A stretch of DNA of 64,000 nucleotides from the human T2T-CHM13v2.0 reference genome, Homo sapiens. Of the stretch, positions 38,265 through 60,060 are shown in pieces (position 1 is the first letter of the stretch; each line of letters starts with the position of its first letter). The stretch is taken from the NCBI RefSeq assembly GCF_009914755.1, contig NC_060928.1; one strand, written 5' to 3'. Under the pieces are notes generated by a model. The model saw only the letters and a program-made list of their open reading frames with translations. It was not told the DNA's origin and made no database searches. The position numbers and the translations under genes are program-made.

Positions 38265-38613
38265 CCTGTTGCCCAGGCTGCCATAAGAAAATGCCATAGA
38301 CTGGATGGCTTTAACAATAGAAATTTATTTTCTCACAGTTCTCAAGGCTAGAATTCTCCAGACTTTCAGGTTGCCAGCATGGTTGGGTTATGGTGAGGAC
38401 CCTCTTCCTGCCTTGCAGACATCACTCTATCCCTGTGTCCACACATGGCATAGTGAAAGCTCTCTCTCCTTTTCTCTTCCTTTTCTCATAATGGCACTAA
38501 TTCTACCATGGGAGCCCCAAACTCATGAATTCATCTAATCCTAATTACCACCCAAAGGCCTATCTCCAAATACTATCACACTGCAGGCTAGGGGACACAA
38601 GTTAGTTTGTAGC
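38265..38613 (-). mobile_element. MLT1A-like LTR
   Basis: ggctgccataagaaaatgccatagactggatggc...ctaatcctaattaccacccaaaggcctatctccaaatac. Confidence 0.82.
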
Positions 38614-39095
38614 ATGACCATTAGAATAAAATCTAAATGCCTCAACATGGAACATAGAGCTGTAATGAGGTGGTCCCAGCCTATCTTTTCAGCCACATTC
38701 CTTCTCACCTCTAAATTCCCCTGGATTCCAGTCATACCAAACTCTCTGAAAATGATCTACCTTTTCCACACCTTTGTCTTTACAAATTTCCTTCTTTCTG
38801 CCTGGAATACTACTCCCTTTTTGTCTGCCTAACACCCTTCAAGATTCAGCTCAAAGGTCACTTTCTCGTTGAAGCCTTCCCCATTCCATCCTAGGTGGAG
38901 GTAGGCACTTCTCTTTTTATGGTGTTAGGGCATTTAGCTCAGACCTTTGTAAGGGAGCTGCATAACTGTATTATTATGTATGCAATATCTGTCTCCTCAA
39001 CTGGATTGTATGCTCCTTAAATTCAGAGTCATATTATATTCACATCTGAATACCTGGCACCCACCTTTTATGTGCTCAACCAATATTTAGTGGGC
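38614..39095 (+). mobile_element. L2 3' region
   Basis: gaataaaatctaaatgcctc...ctgcctggaatac...ttcaagattcagctcaaaggtcac...gtgctcaaccaatattt. Confidence 0.8.
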
Positions 39096-41315
39096 AAACA
39101 AACAGATCAACCCTAGTCTTGGTACTCTGAATTCCTGGGTTCTAACCTCCGGAGAGTGAGATATAGAAAGAATATGATCTGTAAAAGAACTTGGAACCAT
39201 GGGAGAACATAGTTACCCACATCTCTCAAGCCTGAATACAGGTAACAAGCCTAAAGAAACACCTTTTCAAAAGAAACGTCTTTCTTCACTGCTCTCCTCT
39301 GATGAGCTTTTTTCATTACCACCTTCACCAGTACCCATGATTACTATATGAGGAGAACACCATAGCAATCTTTTTTAAAAAAAGAAAGCTCTGAAATTGC
39401 AGACATGCCACTGTGCTATGCATTTGCTCTTCTGTTGCCTTATAAAGTGGTTTTAAATTATTTCTCTGATGAAATAAATGCCCATGGAGAGTTTTCTCTT
39501 TGCCTTGTGCAGTCAGAGAGGGAGAAGGCACAAGCAACTTTCTGCAGTTGATGCCCTTCCTGGGAACCCATCTACATTTCCTTCTTTATAGCCCAGTAGC
39601 CATGACAACCTTCAGGGAGCCGCAGAAAGCTTTGAGACTGCATGTATGCTCTTTGTTTCATTCCACAGGCCCCTACCCTCAAAATTTGGGACCTCCATCT
39701 GGCTGAGCCTCAGGCAAGAACACAAGCTTTCTTTCCTGAGGCCTATCTTTCCCCAACATGGCTGTCCTGGATCAGGGACTGCCATGGTTGCTGCAGACTT
39801 GTCTTTGACCCATGTTTGTTGTGGCCACTGGCTTCTGCTTCCTTTCTGGCTCCTGACAATGGTTCCAGCTTATTCCTCACTGTCCACTGAATTCACTACA
39901 CCCTTACTCAGATTGCTTTGTCTTGGATTCCCAGAGTCTACCACGACAATCAGTCCTGGCTTTACCTTGTCTCTGCAGAACTACTGCTACCCAGGCTTTC
40001 ACCACATCCCATCCTTCTCCCCTTCACTTCCTTCCAACTCCCAACCATCCCATGTCTGGGCAAGTCACCTACCATGATCATAGATAGGTGAGAGGGAAGT
40101 TCACACGGCTTTGTGGATGGAAGATAAGTGTCCCTGTTGAGACATTTCCACTGGCTGAGATTCCACCTCATCAACTCTATCAGAAGCACAGACTCATATG
40201 CAAATAAATACGTGCTTGGTTCTAGACTTGATTCTTGCCTCCTGGATATGACCCGTAGTAAATGGTAATGGAATGAGGGCTACAAAGACCCTTGATCTCA
40301 TAAGACTCTGGGTGAAGCTGTCCCCACTTTATCAATGGAGGATTATTCAAAGCTTAAGACTTAAGATGGCAGATTCCATTCCAAGATGGCCGAATAGGAA
40401 CAGCTCTGGTCTGCAGCTCCCAGGGTTATCAGCACAGAAGACAGGTGATTTCTGCATTTCCAACTGAGGTAACAGGTTCATCTCATTGGGACTGGTTGGC
40501 AGTGGGTGCAGCCCACAGAGTGTGAACCGAAGCAGGGTGGGGCATCGCCTCACCCCAGAAGCACAAGGGGTCATGGGATTTCCCTTCCCTAACCAAGAGA
40601 AGCTGTGAAAGATGGTACCTGGAAAAATGGGATACTCCTGCCCAAATACTGGGCTTTTCCAATGGTCTTAGCAAATGCACACCAGGAGATTATATCCCGT
40701 GCCTGGTTTGGCAGGTGCTACACCCACGGAGCCTTGCTCACTGCTAGCTCAGCAGTCTGAGATGGACCTGCCAGGCAGCAGCCTGGCAGGGGGAGGGGTG
40801 TCCACCATTGCTGAGGTTTGAGTAGGTAAACAAAGCAGCCAGGGAAGCTCAAACTGGGTGGAACCCCCCACCACAGCTCAGCTAGGTCTGCTCTCTCTGT
40901 AGGATCCACCTCTGGGGGCAGAGCATAGCTGAACAAAAGTCAGCAGAAACTTCTGCAGACTTAAACATCCCTGTCTGACAGCGCTGAAGAGAGCAGTGGT
41001 ACTCCCAGCACAGTGTTTGAGCTCTTAGAATGGACAGACTGCCTCCTCAAGTGGGTCCCTGAACCCTGTGTTACCTAACTGGGAGACATCTCCCAGTAGG
41101 GGCTGACTGACACCTCATACAGGTGGGCGCCCCTCTGGGATGAAGCTTCCAGAGGAAGGATCAGGCAGTAATATTTGCTGTTCCGCAATATTTGCCATTC
41201 TGCAAAATTTGCCATTCTGCAGCCTCTGCTGGTGATACCCAGGAAAACAGGGTCTCAACTGGGCCTCCAGCAAACACCAACAGACCTGCAGCTGAGGGAC
41301 CTGACTATTAGAAGG

Positions 41316-42329
41316 GAAAATTCTAAAAAGCAGAGAAACTCTTCTCCTCCAAAGGCTCACAGCTCCTCACCAGCAATGGAACAAAGCTGGATGGAGAATG
41401 ACTTTGACAAGCTGACAAAAGTAGACTTCAGAAGATCAGTAATAACAAACTTCTCCAAGCTAAAGGAGGATGTTCAAACCCATCACAAAGAAGCTAAAAA
41501 CCTTGCAAAAACATTACACAAACGGCTAACTAGAATAAACACTGTAGAGAAGACCGTCAATGATGTAATGGAGCTGAAAACCATGGCACAAGAACTACGT
41601 GATGCATGCGCAAGCTTCAATAGCCGATTCGATCAAGGAGAAGAAAGGGTATCAGTGATTGAAGATAAAATTAATGAAATAAAGTGAGAGGAGAAGTTTA
41701 GAGAAAAAAGAGTAAAAAGAAATTAACAAAGCCTCCAAGAAATATGGGACTATGTGAAAAGACCAAGTCTACATTTGATTGGTGTACCTGAAAGTGACAG
41801 GGAGAATGGAACCAAGTTGGAAAACACTCTGCAGGATATTATCCAGGAGAACTTCCCCAACCTAGCAAGGCAGGCCACCATTCAAATTCAAGAAATACAG
41901 AGAACACCACAAAGATACTCCTCAAGAAGAGCAACCCCAAAACACATAATTGTCAGATTCACCAAGGTTGAAATGAAGGAAAAAATGTTAAGAGCAGCCA
42001 GAGAGAAAGGTTGGGTTACCCACAAAGGGAAGCCCATCAGACTACAAGCGGATATCTCAGCAGAAACTCTACAAGGCAGGAGACAGTGGGAGCCGATATT
42101 CAACATTCTTAAAGAAAAGAATTTTCAACCAAGAATTTCATGTCCAGCCAAACTAAGCTGCATAAGTGAAGGAGAAATAAAATCCTTTACAGAAAAGCAA
42201 ATGCTGAGAAACTTTGTCACCACCAGGCCTGCCCTAAAAGAGCTCCTGAAGGAAGCACTAAACATGCAAAGGAACAACAAGTACCAGCCACTGAAAAACA
42301 TGCCAAATTGTAAAAACTATCAATGCTAG
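41316..42329 (+). pseudogene. L1 ORF1p (RNA-binding chaperone), disrupted
   Basis: Peptides EQSWMENDFDKL and ENTLQDIIQENFPNLARQ; start codon region deleted, internal stops. Confidence 0.92.
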
Positions 42330-42376
42330 GAAGAAACCACATCAACTAACGAGCAAAATAACCAGCTAACATCATA

Positions 42377-46182
<3,806 letters not shown>

Positions 46183-46464
46183 ATAGCATTAGGAGAAATA
46201 CCTAATGTAAATGACGAGTTAATGGGTGCAGCAAACCAATATGGCACATGTATACCTATGTAACAAACCTGCACATTGTGCACATGTACCCTAGAACTTA
46301 AAGTATAATTTATAAAAGAACAAAGCAGGTATGCATCATTGTGAATATTGGTTCTGTATCAATATCATCAGTCAATATTGATTCTGCCACAAAGATAAAA
46401 TAATCTTTGCTTTCAAGAAAAATAAAGAATTCTGCCAACAAAAAAAAAAGTCTTAAGATCGCAG

Positions 46465-46545
46465 GACTGTGTGTCACTCATTTTTGTCTTTCCAAAGATA
46501 GCATAGTTCAAGCACATGATAAGCATCAAATGTTTGAAGGTTAAT
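46465..46545 (+). mobile_element. L2 3' end fragment (L1 target)
   Basis: gactgtgtgtcactc...agcatagttcaagcacatgataagcatcaaatgtttgaa. Confidence 0.5.
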
Positions 46546-46699
46546 GAAAGGAAGAACGGAAGGGAGAGAGAAAGGAAAGGATGGAGACAGGCAGAGAGGG
46601 AGACAGAGAGAAGTTTTGTTCTGACAAAGACAAATTTGGGGCATATAATAGAGTCAAGTGGAGGTAGAGGTAGCACAGTTCCACAAGGATGAAAAATCA

Positions 46700-46825
46700 C
46701 TGGACTAGTCATCACCCAAGAGCCAGAAGCTCTAAACCTGACTCTGCCACCAACTTGCCACATGACCTTGAAATATATCTCCCCAAGTCTCTTTGTAGCC
46801 TCAAGATCTAAGAAATGGAATCCAG
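46700..46825 (+). mobile_element. MIR fragment
   Basis: gagccagaagctctaaacctgactctgccaccaacttgccacatgaccttg. Confidence 0.6.
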
Positions 46826-47243
46826 ATTTCATCAAAGTAAGCTGGACCCACCTGTCTCTTCTGAGTTTCCTAAAGCTTAACTAACTTTAAATCACACTTG
46901 GTTTTCTCTGGACAGATCTGGGTCAATCAACTTCAGATATTTCTTGAGATTTGGGGCCTCTACTTGATCTTTCCTAAAGCATCTGGGTCTTACAAATGTG
47001 ACCCCAACTTGTTAAAAGCCAGTCAAGCCTCTTAGCAAGCTCAATGCCCAAGGAAACTAGTTCCTCATTTAGATACCCCTTTCCCCACTCCCAAACCCCA
47101 GAATCCCAGAGAGATCTGCAAACATGGCTCCAGAAGCCTCAAATCCACTACAGACGGCCCCAGTCCTGAAAAACAGGAAATACTCAACTCTAGGCTCTTA
47201 GCCCCTGTTCTCTAAACTGCCAAAAGATTAGGGCCAGAACGGA

Positions 47244-48387
47244 TCAACCCACATGGCTTTACAGTCAGGGCCTTCTGCAGCAGCCCTGGGGTCCATACAG
47301 CTCCCTCCTTACCCACAGGCAAGACCACAGGATCCAGTAAAGACTCTTCTTCCATCCCAAAACCCAGCTTCTGCCTCCTGTCTCCACTCCCAGAGCTCTA
47401 GCCCAGTCTTATCTAATCTCTGTGGCAGATCCTGTGCTTAGAATTCTATTGTTAGTGTTTTCTAGCCTTACATTGAGATGACATGCCAGTTTTAAGAGTT
47501 TTTCTCCACAGCTTTATGTAAGCCACAGGCAGCAGGAAGGATAAAGAACTCCTCAGGGGAGGCATGAGTTCATCGCAGTGGTGTGAGGCTGGTGTGAGTG
47601 ATGAAAGCTTTCATCTTCTCCAGAGCCTTTCATGTTGGGTCTCAGTGGAGGACCCTGTCTTTAAGATACCTCTGAAAGGACACAATTTCTAAACCTTAGG
47701 TGGAAAAAAAAAATGAGGATTCTGAAGCTTTTTTTCCACCTCACCATCCATTTGTTCCCTCTCTGGTGGCCCTAGGGGATGACCACCTAGGCACACAACA
47801 GGGTGACAGTACTAACTTTTACACTTACAGCAGTTAGCCCCTGCCATCCACTCAGCTTTAGGAGGAGTCCTTGGGTACGCATGACTTTAGGCTGGGGGAT
47901 GGCGGACTGCTCCATAGCCCATGACCATACCCAACCCTCAGAATAATATGGGAAGGAAACTTGCCAAAAGACTAAAGTCTCAATGATACAAGGCATATAC
48001 AAATGGGCAATGGGGAAAATCACTTTGAATTCTTGTCAAAGATAAGTTCTGAAGCCCATCTTTGATCAGATCACCATCCTAAGTGAGTGAGGGAAAGGGA
48101 AAGGGTGATACTTACCAATAATATAAGCAATCTTGGCCCCTGGCTAATGCCTTCCAGATCCCCAAACAGGGACTGTCAAGTAAGGGGGCTCAACCCACAT
48201 CCCCCCATAGCCAGAACCCTCTCCAGCCTCCCTGGGGCCCTTTCAGCTCCCTCCCTACCCACAGGCAAGACCACAGGGCCCAGTAAAGACTTTCTTCTTC
48301 CAACCCAAAACCCAGCTTCTGCCTTCTCTCCCCACTCCCAGAGCCCTAGCCCAGTCTTACCTAATCTCCATGGCAGATCCTTTGCTT
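47244..48387 (+). repeat. diverged direct repeat of about 195 bp (47244-47439 vs 48190-48387)
   Basis: Shared cagctccctcc.tacccacaggcaagaccacagg..ccagtaaagact...cccaaaacccagcttctgcct...ctagcccagtctta.ctaatctc..tggcagatcct.tgctt. Confidence 0.9.
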
Positions 48388-48724
48388 CAGGCCCTGTCCT
48401 TCCTTCATCGCCAACCCCCTGTGGGCTTTATAATTGGACAGTTCTTGTCCAAAGGAACTGGACTGTGGAACCTGGACTGTCCCTCACGTAAGATGCTGTT
48501 TCCATTCCCCTTTGCTCCACAGCTACCAAAATGGATTAGCACCACCCCTACCTCAGCTCCAGAATCCCAGCCTGTGCCAGACCTCAGGACACGCACAGCC
48601 TGGGCAGGAAGGTGCATACTTCCTGTGCCCAAACACTAAATGCTTCGTGTCATCCCATCAGCCCCTCAGGACCTGAACGCTATCAGCCAAAACCTATGGG
48701 CTCAGGGTTCAAGGAAAACGTGCA

Positions 48725-48743
48725 TTTTATTTTTTTTTTTTAC

Positions 48744-48782
<39 letters not shown>

Positions 48783-49054
48783 TTTTTGAGACTGAGTTTC
48801 ACTCTTGTTGCCCAGGTTGGAGTGCAGTGGCGCAACCTCCATCTCCCGGGTTCAAGCGATTCTTCTGCCTCGGCCTCCTGAGTAGCTGGGATTACAGGCG
48901 CCCACCACCGTGCCCGGCTAATTTTTGTATTTTTAGTAGAGACGGAGTTTCACCATGTTGGCCAGGCTGGTCTCAAACTCCTGACCTCAGGCGATCCACA
49001 TGCCCCAGCCTCCCAAAGTACTGGGGTTACAGGCATGAGCCACCGTGCCTGGCC
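48725..49054 (-). mobile_element. AluSq/Sp-like with (TTTA)n tail and small internal deletion
   Basis: gagtttcactcttgttgcccagg diagnostic; complete dimer. Confidence 0.95.
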
Positions 49055-49684
49055 AAAACCTGCTCTTTAACCTACTATGTTGAAACTGGAATCTTCAAAA
49101 TCCAGGGGTCTACAGAGGTACCTCGATGGTCACTCCAGAGGGAGTCATAGACAAGATGGGCGCTAGGCACCAGTCTCCCTTACCCAGAGCAGCTCTTCTT
49201 TGATGCCTTGTATGTTTGCCTTTCCCATATGATTTTGTTTGAAGAAAGAACTCCAAGTTTTTTAAATGTCCAATATACTACTTAAACTTCTGCATGTGAA
49301 TAATTATAACCAATTTTAATTATGACATGTTTCTTTAGTTTTTTAATGTTATGGCTACTTTTCTTTTTTTAATAGCCCAAAACGACTACTAAGCAGACGT
49401 TTCTTGGACAGAATCTTCTCCTACACACCTCAAGTGCAAAGCCCGTTGTTTGGAATCGTTGAGTAGGATCAATCACCTCTGTTTTTTTTTTCCTTTTGCT
49501 AGGAAAAAAAGCTCATTTTCCCTCAGCAGGATCTCTTCAGAGTGTCCATATTTACAACAACATAATTATAATCCATAAGTGATAAATTAAAATGTTAATG
49601 ACTATTTTGCATAAGAAACATAAAAAGTTATTCAATGTTTATGAGTAAAATGTTATGAATATGATCTCAAAAAAGGACGCATTT

Positions 49685-53767
<4,083 letters not shown>

Positions 53768-55829
53768 TCAGCCCTGGCTTTCTCTCAGCTGAGAACAGTA
53801 ATGCATGGTTAGTCACCTTTCAAAGGCAAATCTGTTAACCCCTTCTTTGTGTGCTACCCCTGAGCTGCCAATACAATCCTCATAAAAAGATGCCACCTCC
53901 TCCTCCTCACTAGTTAACACATCTTCACAGAAGTAAGAGAAATGAATGTTCTTTTTTCTCCCATACAAACACAAGACACTTGTTTTTCTGAAGGAAGCTC
54001 AGTAGGAAAGCACAAGCCCTGGTTTCTCAGAGCTGGCAGCTGGCAAGAGGCAAGAGAAACCCTTTAAGCTTCCAGGTTGCCTTGCACAGTTCTGTGTTTC
54101 ACAGACCACATACCTCCCCAAGGGCCATTGTGAGGTGAGGGATTTCCTCAATTCTACCCATTTGTGTGTGGTTTCCTTTCCTAAGTTCAGAGCTCATGAT
54201 CCAAGGTTACCCATTTGCAAGAAAAGATGACACTTCCTCACATTAATTATGCCATGAAAACAAGCTCAAGCCAGCAGTGCTGGCTTCATTCGCTGCAGCC
54301 AGCTACAAAGCCACCCTCAGCCTGGAAAAAATGGTCTCTCCCCTGTCCATGCAGCTTCCTTGCTGGTCTCCTCCAGGTTCTTTTCCAAATCCACCACCTC
54401 TACTGACTATTTTTCATGAGAACCAAAACTCATTCAGTGTTTATGAATAAAATGCTATGAAAGTGGATCTTTTTAAAAAAAATTGCTTCTCCAAGCCCAC
54501 GAGGTATTTTAGAACTTTTTAGTGGCTGATAAGACCAAACAACAAAATCTTCCCTTTTTAGAGTACTTATCCCTATCAAAGCATAAGCTATATATAAGGT
54601 AATCATTGACTTCTAGCCCATGTCCTCCCTCTTCTGGAATTCTTCAAAAGATAGTGTTATAATGCCTCCTCATTTTCCAACAATCACAGAAATATAAAAC
54701 TAATGTTTTTCCTAGAAGTCGTATTTAATGTTTCTATAATATTGGACCACAAAATTATGACTTTATTCTTTAGATGTTGAAACTGCACTTATCAGAGTCC
54801 CAGGATTCTGCAGAACTGGAAGTCTGGAAGATTGGTGGTGTCTTCCACTCCCTCACCAAAGCGGCCCTTATGTTCATCTGAGTAACGCATTGGGACTGTG
54901 TGCCTGTGCCCTTAACTATTTGAAGGGCATCAAAGTACAACCATTTTCAGAAACAGAGCCCCTACAATTAGGTAATCACACATACACCGAGACTAGAAGC
55001 TGAGCAAAACAGCTCTTTAATTATCCCCTGTATCCTAAGTCTAGCAGGGGTGAGTGTCAAAGAAACCAGACTCTCTGGGCTCCCTCCCTCATCCTCTTCT
55101 CCCCAGGCCCCACTCATAGTCCCCTCCATCTTTTCAACACACTTCCCTCCCACCAGGATTCTACCTCTTCTCCCTGTCGCCCTGGCAAAGGGGGAGGGTG
55201 AGCTGGGGAGGAGACACTGCGCATGCAGTCTTTCTGGGAGGAGAGAGGATAAAGAACAAAGAATTCTGCTTCCACTCTCAAAGTGAAATGTCCGCAAGAT
55301 AAACCTTGGCTAACACCACTGATTCTTGTAGCAAGACTAAAAGCATTCTCAAGCCACCGGACACTCTAAATCTTTTATTTTTTCCTTTTTCCAAATAGTC
55401 TTTTCCATTATCCTAGTCTGTCTGGTATAGGCCAACATTCCAAGATGGAGATCTCATAAGGAAAAAGGATGAGGGAGAGGAAAACTGTGTGTGCCCTAGC
55501 ACAGTTTGGACAACGAGTTCTGTTAAAAAAAAAAAGAAGTAAAATAAAAGTAAGTTTGAGGTGCTTTTCCTTCTTCCAAGAGCCCAAGGGCTATTCCTTT
55601 ACCCTGGACACCAAAATAAAGACATTTGAGCAGGGTCACAAGCTAAGAGCTCTCTTTGACCCAGAGCTGGCACATTGGCAAAGTAGAGCATGTAACAAGA
55701 ATTAGAGCTGTGTTCTCGTAATCTACTGAGATTTGGGGGTGTCCTCACTGCAGTATAACCTAGAGAAAACTGGAAGATACAGAAATATGCTGCTGCAATA
55801 ATGACAAACAAACACTTAACATATGTGGC

Positions 55830-56000
55830 ATTATGTCTGGGTTCAAGTGACAGATGCTGAAAAAAAGTGACATGTCCACCTCTAAGCAGAAGCTTGAAGT
55901 TCACTGCCTGAGTCCATCATTGCTCTTCTTCCTCCACCACAAGACCAAGTTGAGGTTGCCTCTCAGCCTAGATCCCAGACTGAAGAAGACATGAGCCCAG
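55830..56000 (+). mobile_element. old MLT1 (I/J-like) fragment
   Basis: aagtgacatgtccacctctaagcagaagc...ggttgcctctcagcctagatcccagactgaagaagacatg. Confidence 0.5.
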
Positions 56001-56859
56001 GCCACAGAGATGGCCACAACACAGACTCAGTGCATCCTCATCCATCATCATACCCAACACCAAATGGTTTTAAGCATGCCTGCCCTCAAAAAAGTTTGAA
56101 ATGATACATTTATATATGTTTGTATCTGGAGGAGCAAAAAAGAGAGAATGAGAGATAAATAAATGGAAGGAGGGAAGAAGAAAATGTTTAGCATACCAAC
56201 AAGAGAAACATTAAAGGAAATGGGATTTTTGGTGTATTGTCTGTCACCATATGGACTCAAGCGAGGCCTAGATGGTAGATGGAGGGAGAAAATGGGAAAA
56301 TCCCCATGGAAACTGGGCAGGCAGATCAATGCAGACACCCAGTGGCTGCCCAAGTCCTGATTTTTGTTCTGAAGAGGACATCACAGTGAAATAAGTGAAA
56401 AATCATCACACTCCCACGACTTTTTTCAACAATGCCCCTAAATAAACATCTTTTCTTCCCCTCCTACCCCACCAAAAATATAAGCACAACCTAATAATCC
56501 ATATACTGGCATAAGTACTCTGGAGAAGACTTCTTTTCCTATCAGTAAGGCACTGTGAAACCTTTCTAAATGGGAACTCATCAAGAAAAGTTGCAGTAAA
56601 AACTGGCATGTCCATTATAAACCCAGAATACCTCTCTCTCTGCTTATGGCTATGATGATAAATGAGAAATATTTAAACAGCATCCTCAGATTGGGTGGTG
56701 GGTAGGGATGGAGAACGGAAGAAAGGCAGAGCCCATAGAAGGGGAAATTGTAGGACAATTTGCTCAGCCTAAAGGAGCCAGTGTCCTTCAGGAATGAGCA
56801 GTGTTGGGCAATCCCAGATGGGAAAAGGCAGAAAAGTCATTCTGGATTCCTCTTTCCTG

Positions 56860-57420
56860 CATAGCCCCAATTTTCAGCCAGTAACCAGTATCTACTAATT
56901 CTAACTCTGTAGCATGCAGCCTATCCATTCTAACTCCTCTTCCTTGCCCTGACAGTCCTGAGTTCATACCAATAGCTCTTCCTGGACCACTGCAATACTC
57001 TCATGCCATCTCTCTGCTTCCCTTCTCCCCCACATGTCCCCACCTCCTCATCCATTCTACGTAATGTTGATGGACTAATATTACTTCCTAAACTATGGTT
57101 CTTATAATATACTTACCACCTCCCTAATGTTATAGACTCCAAAATGCCCACCCTCACTTCCAAACTCCTCCCCTAACCTGGCCCTCAATTCCCTTCACAC
57201 ACTTAGAAATCTGACAAAATTAAGGATTCAACCCTTTATACAACCATGGCTTTTTCCTTTCTTTCTTCTTCAAGGTGTTGCCTTCCCCTTTTATTTCAAA
57301 TGTCTAAGTTTTACCTATCCTTCAGACCCCAGCCTCATAGCCACCTCCTCCTTGAAGTCTTCCAGAACCCTTCATTACACAGTCATTACTCCCCACTCGA
57401 ACTCACATTTCTTATCACCT
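56860..57420 (+). mobile_element. L2 fragment
   Basis: cctggaccactgcaatactctc...cctatccttcagaccccagcctc...cacctcctccttgaagtcttcc. Confidence 0.65.
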
Positions 57421-57421
57421 G

Positions 57422-57800
57422 TGCAATGATTTGACTGGACTCTTTCAAAAATTCAGATGTTGCTAAAGTGATGGTATTAAGAGGCCTTTAACAGGTGAGA
57501 AGGCCACAAGGGCCTCCTTCCTCATGAATGGACTAAGATCCTTATAAAAGAGGCTTCATGCAACTTTCAGTCTCTTGCTCTTCCATCTTTCACCATGTGA
57601 GAACACAGCATTCTTCCCCTCCAGCAGATACAGCAACAAGGTGCTATCTTGGAAGCAGAGAGCAGCCCTCACCAGATGATCAAACCTGCCTTGATTTGGG
57701 GCTTCCTAGCCTGCAGAACTGAAAGAAAATAAATTTCTGTTTTTTGTAAATTACCCACTCTCAGGTATTTTGTCGTAGCAGTGCAAAAAGGACTAAGACA
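57422..57800 (+). mobile_element. MSTC-like MaLR solo LTR
   Basis: aaaattcagatgttgctaaagtgatggtattaagagg...atcttggaagcagagagcagccctcacc...ggactaagaca. Confidence 0.85.
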
Positions 57801-58489
57801 ATCTGAGTTTCCTCTAGGATACTTGTCACTCCCAGTTGAGGTCACTTGCATGCATGTTTTTCTCCCTCCTACAGCTTGCTGCAAGGCGGGGTCTGTGTTA
57901 TTCTTCACACTGTGGAAAGAAGGACAGGTAGGAGGACAGGGTGGTGGGGAGCAAGAGAAGGAAGGAAGGAGCCTGCCAGTAGCCTGACCCCTAAGTTGCC
58001 CAGAAGCCCTAGGTAGTCAGTCCACCTTATAAACTTAGTTCCTGCCTTACTGCCTCCCAAACTTTCCATGTCTATCCAAAATGTTGTGCAATTACATTCT
58101 CTACCTTCTTCTGCACTTTTAAAACCACAAGCAGTCCCAGAATAGGTTGTCAAATTCCTGAGCCTTCAGCACTAGGCCAAGAGTTTCTTGAAGGGAAGGA
58201 AGAGGAAGTACAGGAAATATGGAAGAAGCACTTAGAGGAGTCAGGCCAGGCCAGTGAAGGGAATGGGAAGCCCGCACAGTAGGTATAGCAATTTGGCTGG
58301 TAGTGTTGTGCCAGAACCACGAAGTAGTGGCATCAAATTAACTCAAATGGTTGTGTCAACTACTACCTCAACTGTAAAACCACCAGGTGTCCCTACTCTT
58401 TCCAAGGACAGAAGGACAAGGCTCTGAGATGAAGAGTCCTCCCCTGGCTCCACAGGCATGTTACATTGTTCCAGGAGCATCCGTAGGGA

Positions 58490-58655
58490 ACAGTAACTGT
58501 CTGCTGTGTTCCAGGCCCTCTGCCAAGGGCTGCATGTGCATTGTTTAATTTAATCCTCAAGATGTCTGCCATTTTACAGGTGAAGAGGCTGAGGCTCTGC
58601 TCTGTGGCCCTGTCAGAGAGATCCAGGTGGCTGGAGCTGCCACATTTCACCCCCA
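58490..58655 (-). mobile_element. MIR fragment
   Basis: tttaatcctcaa...ccattttacaggtgaagaggctgaggctc. Confidence 0.7.
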
Positions 58656-59123
58656 CAGCTTTGATGTGATGTGTAGGCAGTTCAGATGGCAGGAGGGCCC
58701 CTGCCTCCCCACCTCGTTCTTCGCATCTTTCCACTCCATTCTGCCACCCCCGTTTCCCTGGGAAGGCCCTCCTGAGAGGTGAATCTGTTTCAGCACAGCC
58801 AACTGCACGCAATCTTTTATTCTGCCAACTGGCACTTCCAAAGCCCCAGCACTGATTGTAAAGCTCCCGTGTGACTTAATACATCTGATTACTTTTGAGT
58901 GTGGGGACAATGGATGCTGCCTGTCTTGCATCTGCTTTCATCTTTTCTTCTGGCTTTGCCACGCCTTCCTGATAACAGAGTGGCAACTTCAGCCAAGGAG
59001 TACTGGCTAGTTGCTGGTGTTAAGTTTAGGCAGCCTATAGCTCCACAAGAGCTGTCCTTTAACTCAACGTCTGATTTCACACTGGTCACACATACTGTCC
59101 CTGAAGAACCAACTCTTCACTGA

Positions 59124-59597
<474 letters not shown>

Positions 59598-59599
59598 TA

Positions 59600-60060
59600 G
59601 TGTTCCCAGCCCTTTTTGTTCTCAGATAAGCAGCCTTTCCAACCTCTCCTCCAGCCTCTCCCTTGCACATGCCCTGGACTCTAGCAGAACTCTCAGTCCT
59701 ATCCTCCAAACTCCGCAAACACTGACAGTATCCCTAAGCAACTTCAAGACACAGCTAAATGCTGAATCTTTTCAGAACTTCCTTTGTGGTCTCTCTTGAT
59801 TCCCTATGCTGGATAAGATTTCTCCAATTGCTGTGGCTCCATATTGTTTGCAGCCTTTTATTTGCATTTACAACATTTGACTTTCCACTCTTGTTGCCTG
59901 TGTTGTTACCTAACTTCCTCTATGACAAGCTGTCAACTCAAGGGCAGACTTCTTCCCATGTATTCTTCCCTGTTCCACACACTCCCTCCACCACCACCAC
60001 AACAGCAACTAACATGGGGCCTTTCACATCAAAATGCACAAAAGCTGTTTATTGAATGAC
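59600..60060 (+). mobile_element. L2 3' region, degraded
   Basis: cttcaagacacagctaaatg...caagggcagac...tgtttattgaatga. Confidence 0.55.

Noticed and set aside
39646-40077. 143-aa ORF in non-repeat-looking DNA
   Set aside because: Low-complexity Leu/Ser/Pro composition from pyrimidine-rich sequence; no domain or splice support.
46448-49684. Fixed inversion of the spacer between the inverted L1s
   Set aside because: Both L1s retain matching TSDs in direct orientation, so there is no net inversion in this haplotype.
58899-59123. 74-aa ORF with a signal-peptide-like N-terminus
   Set aside because: GTG start, short, no recognisable homology or exon context; expected by chance.
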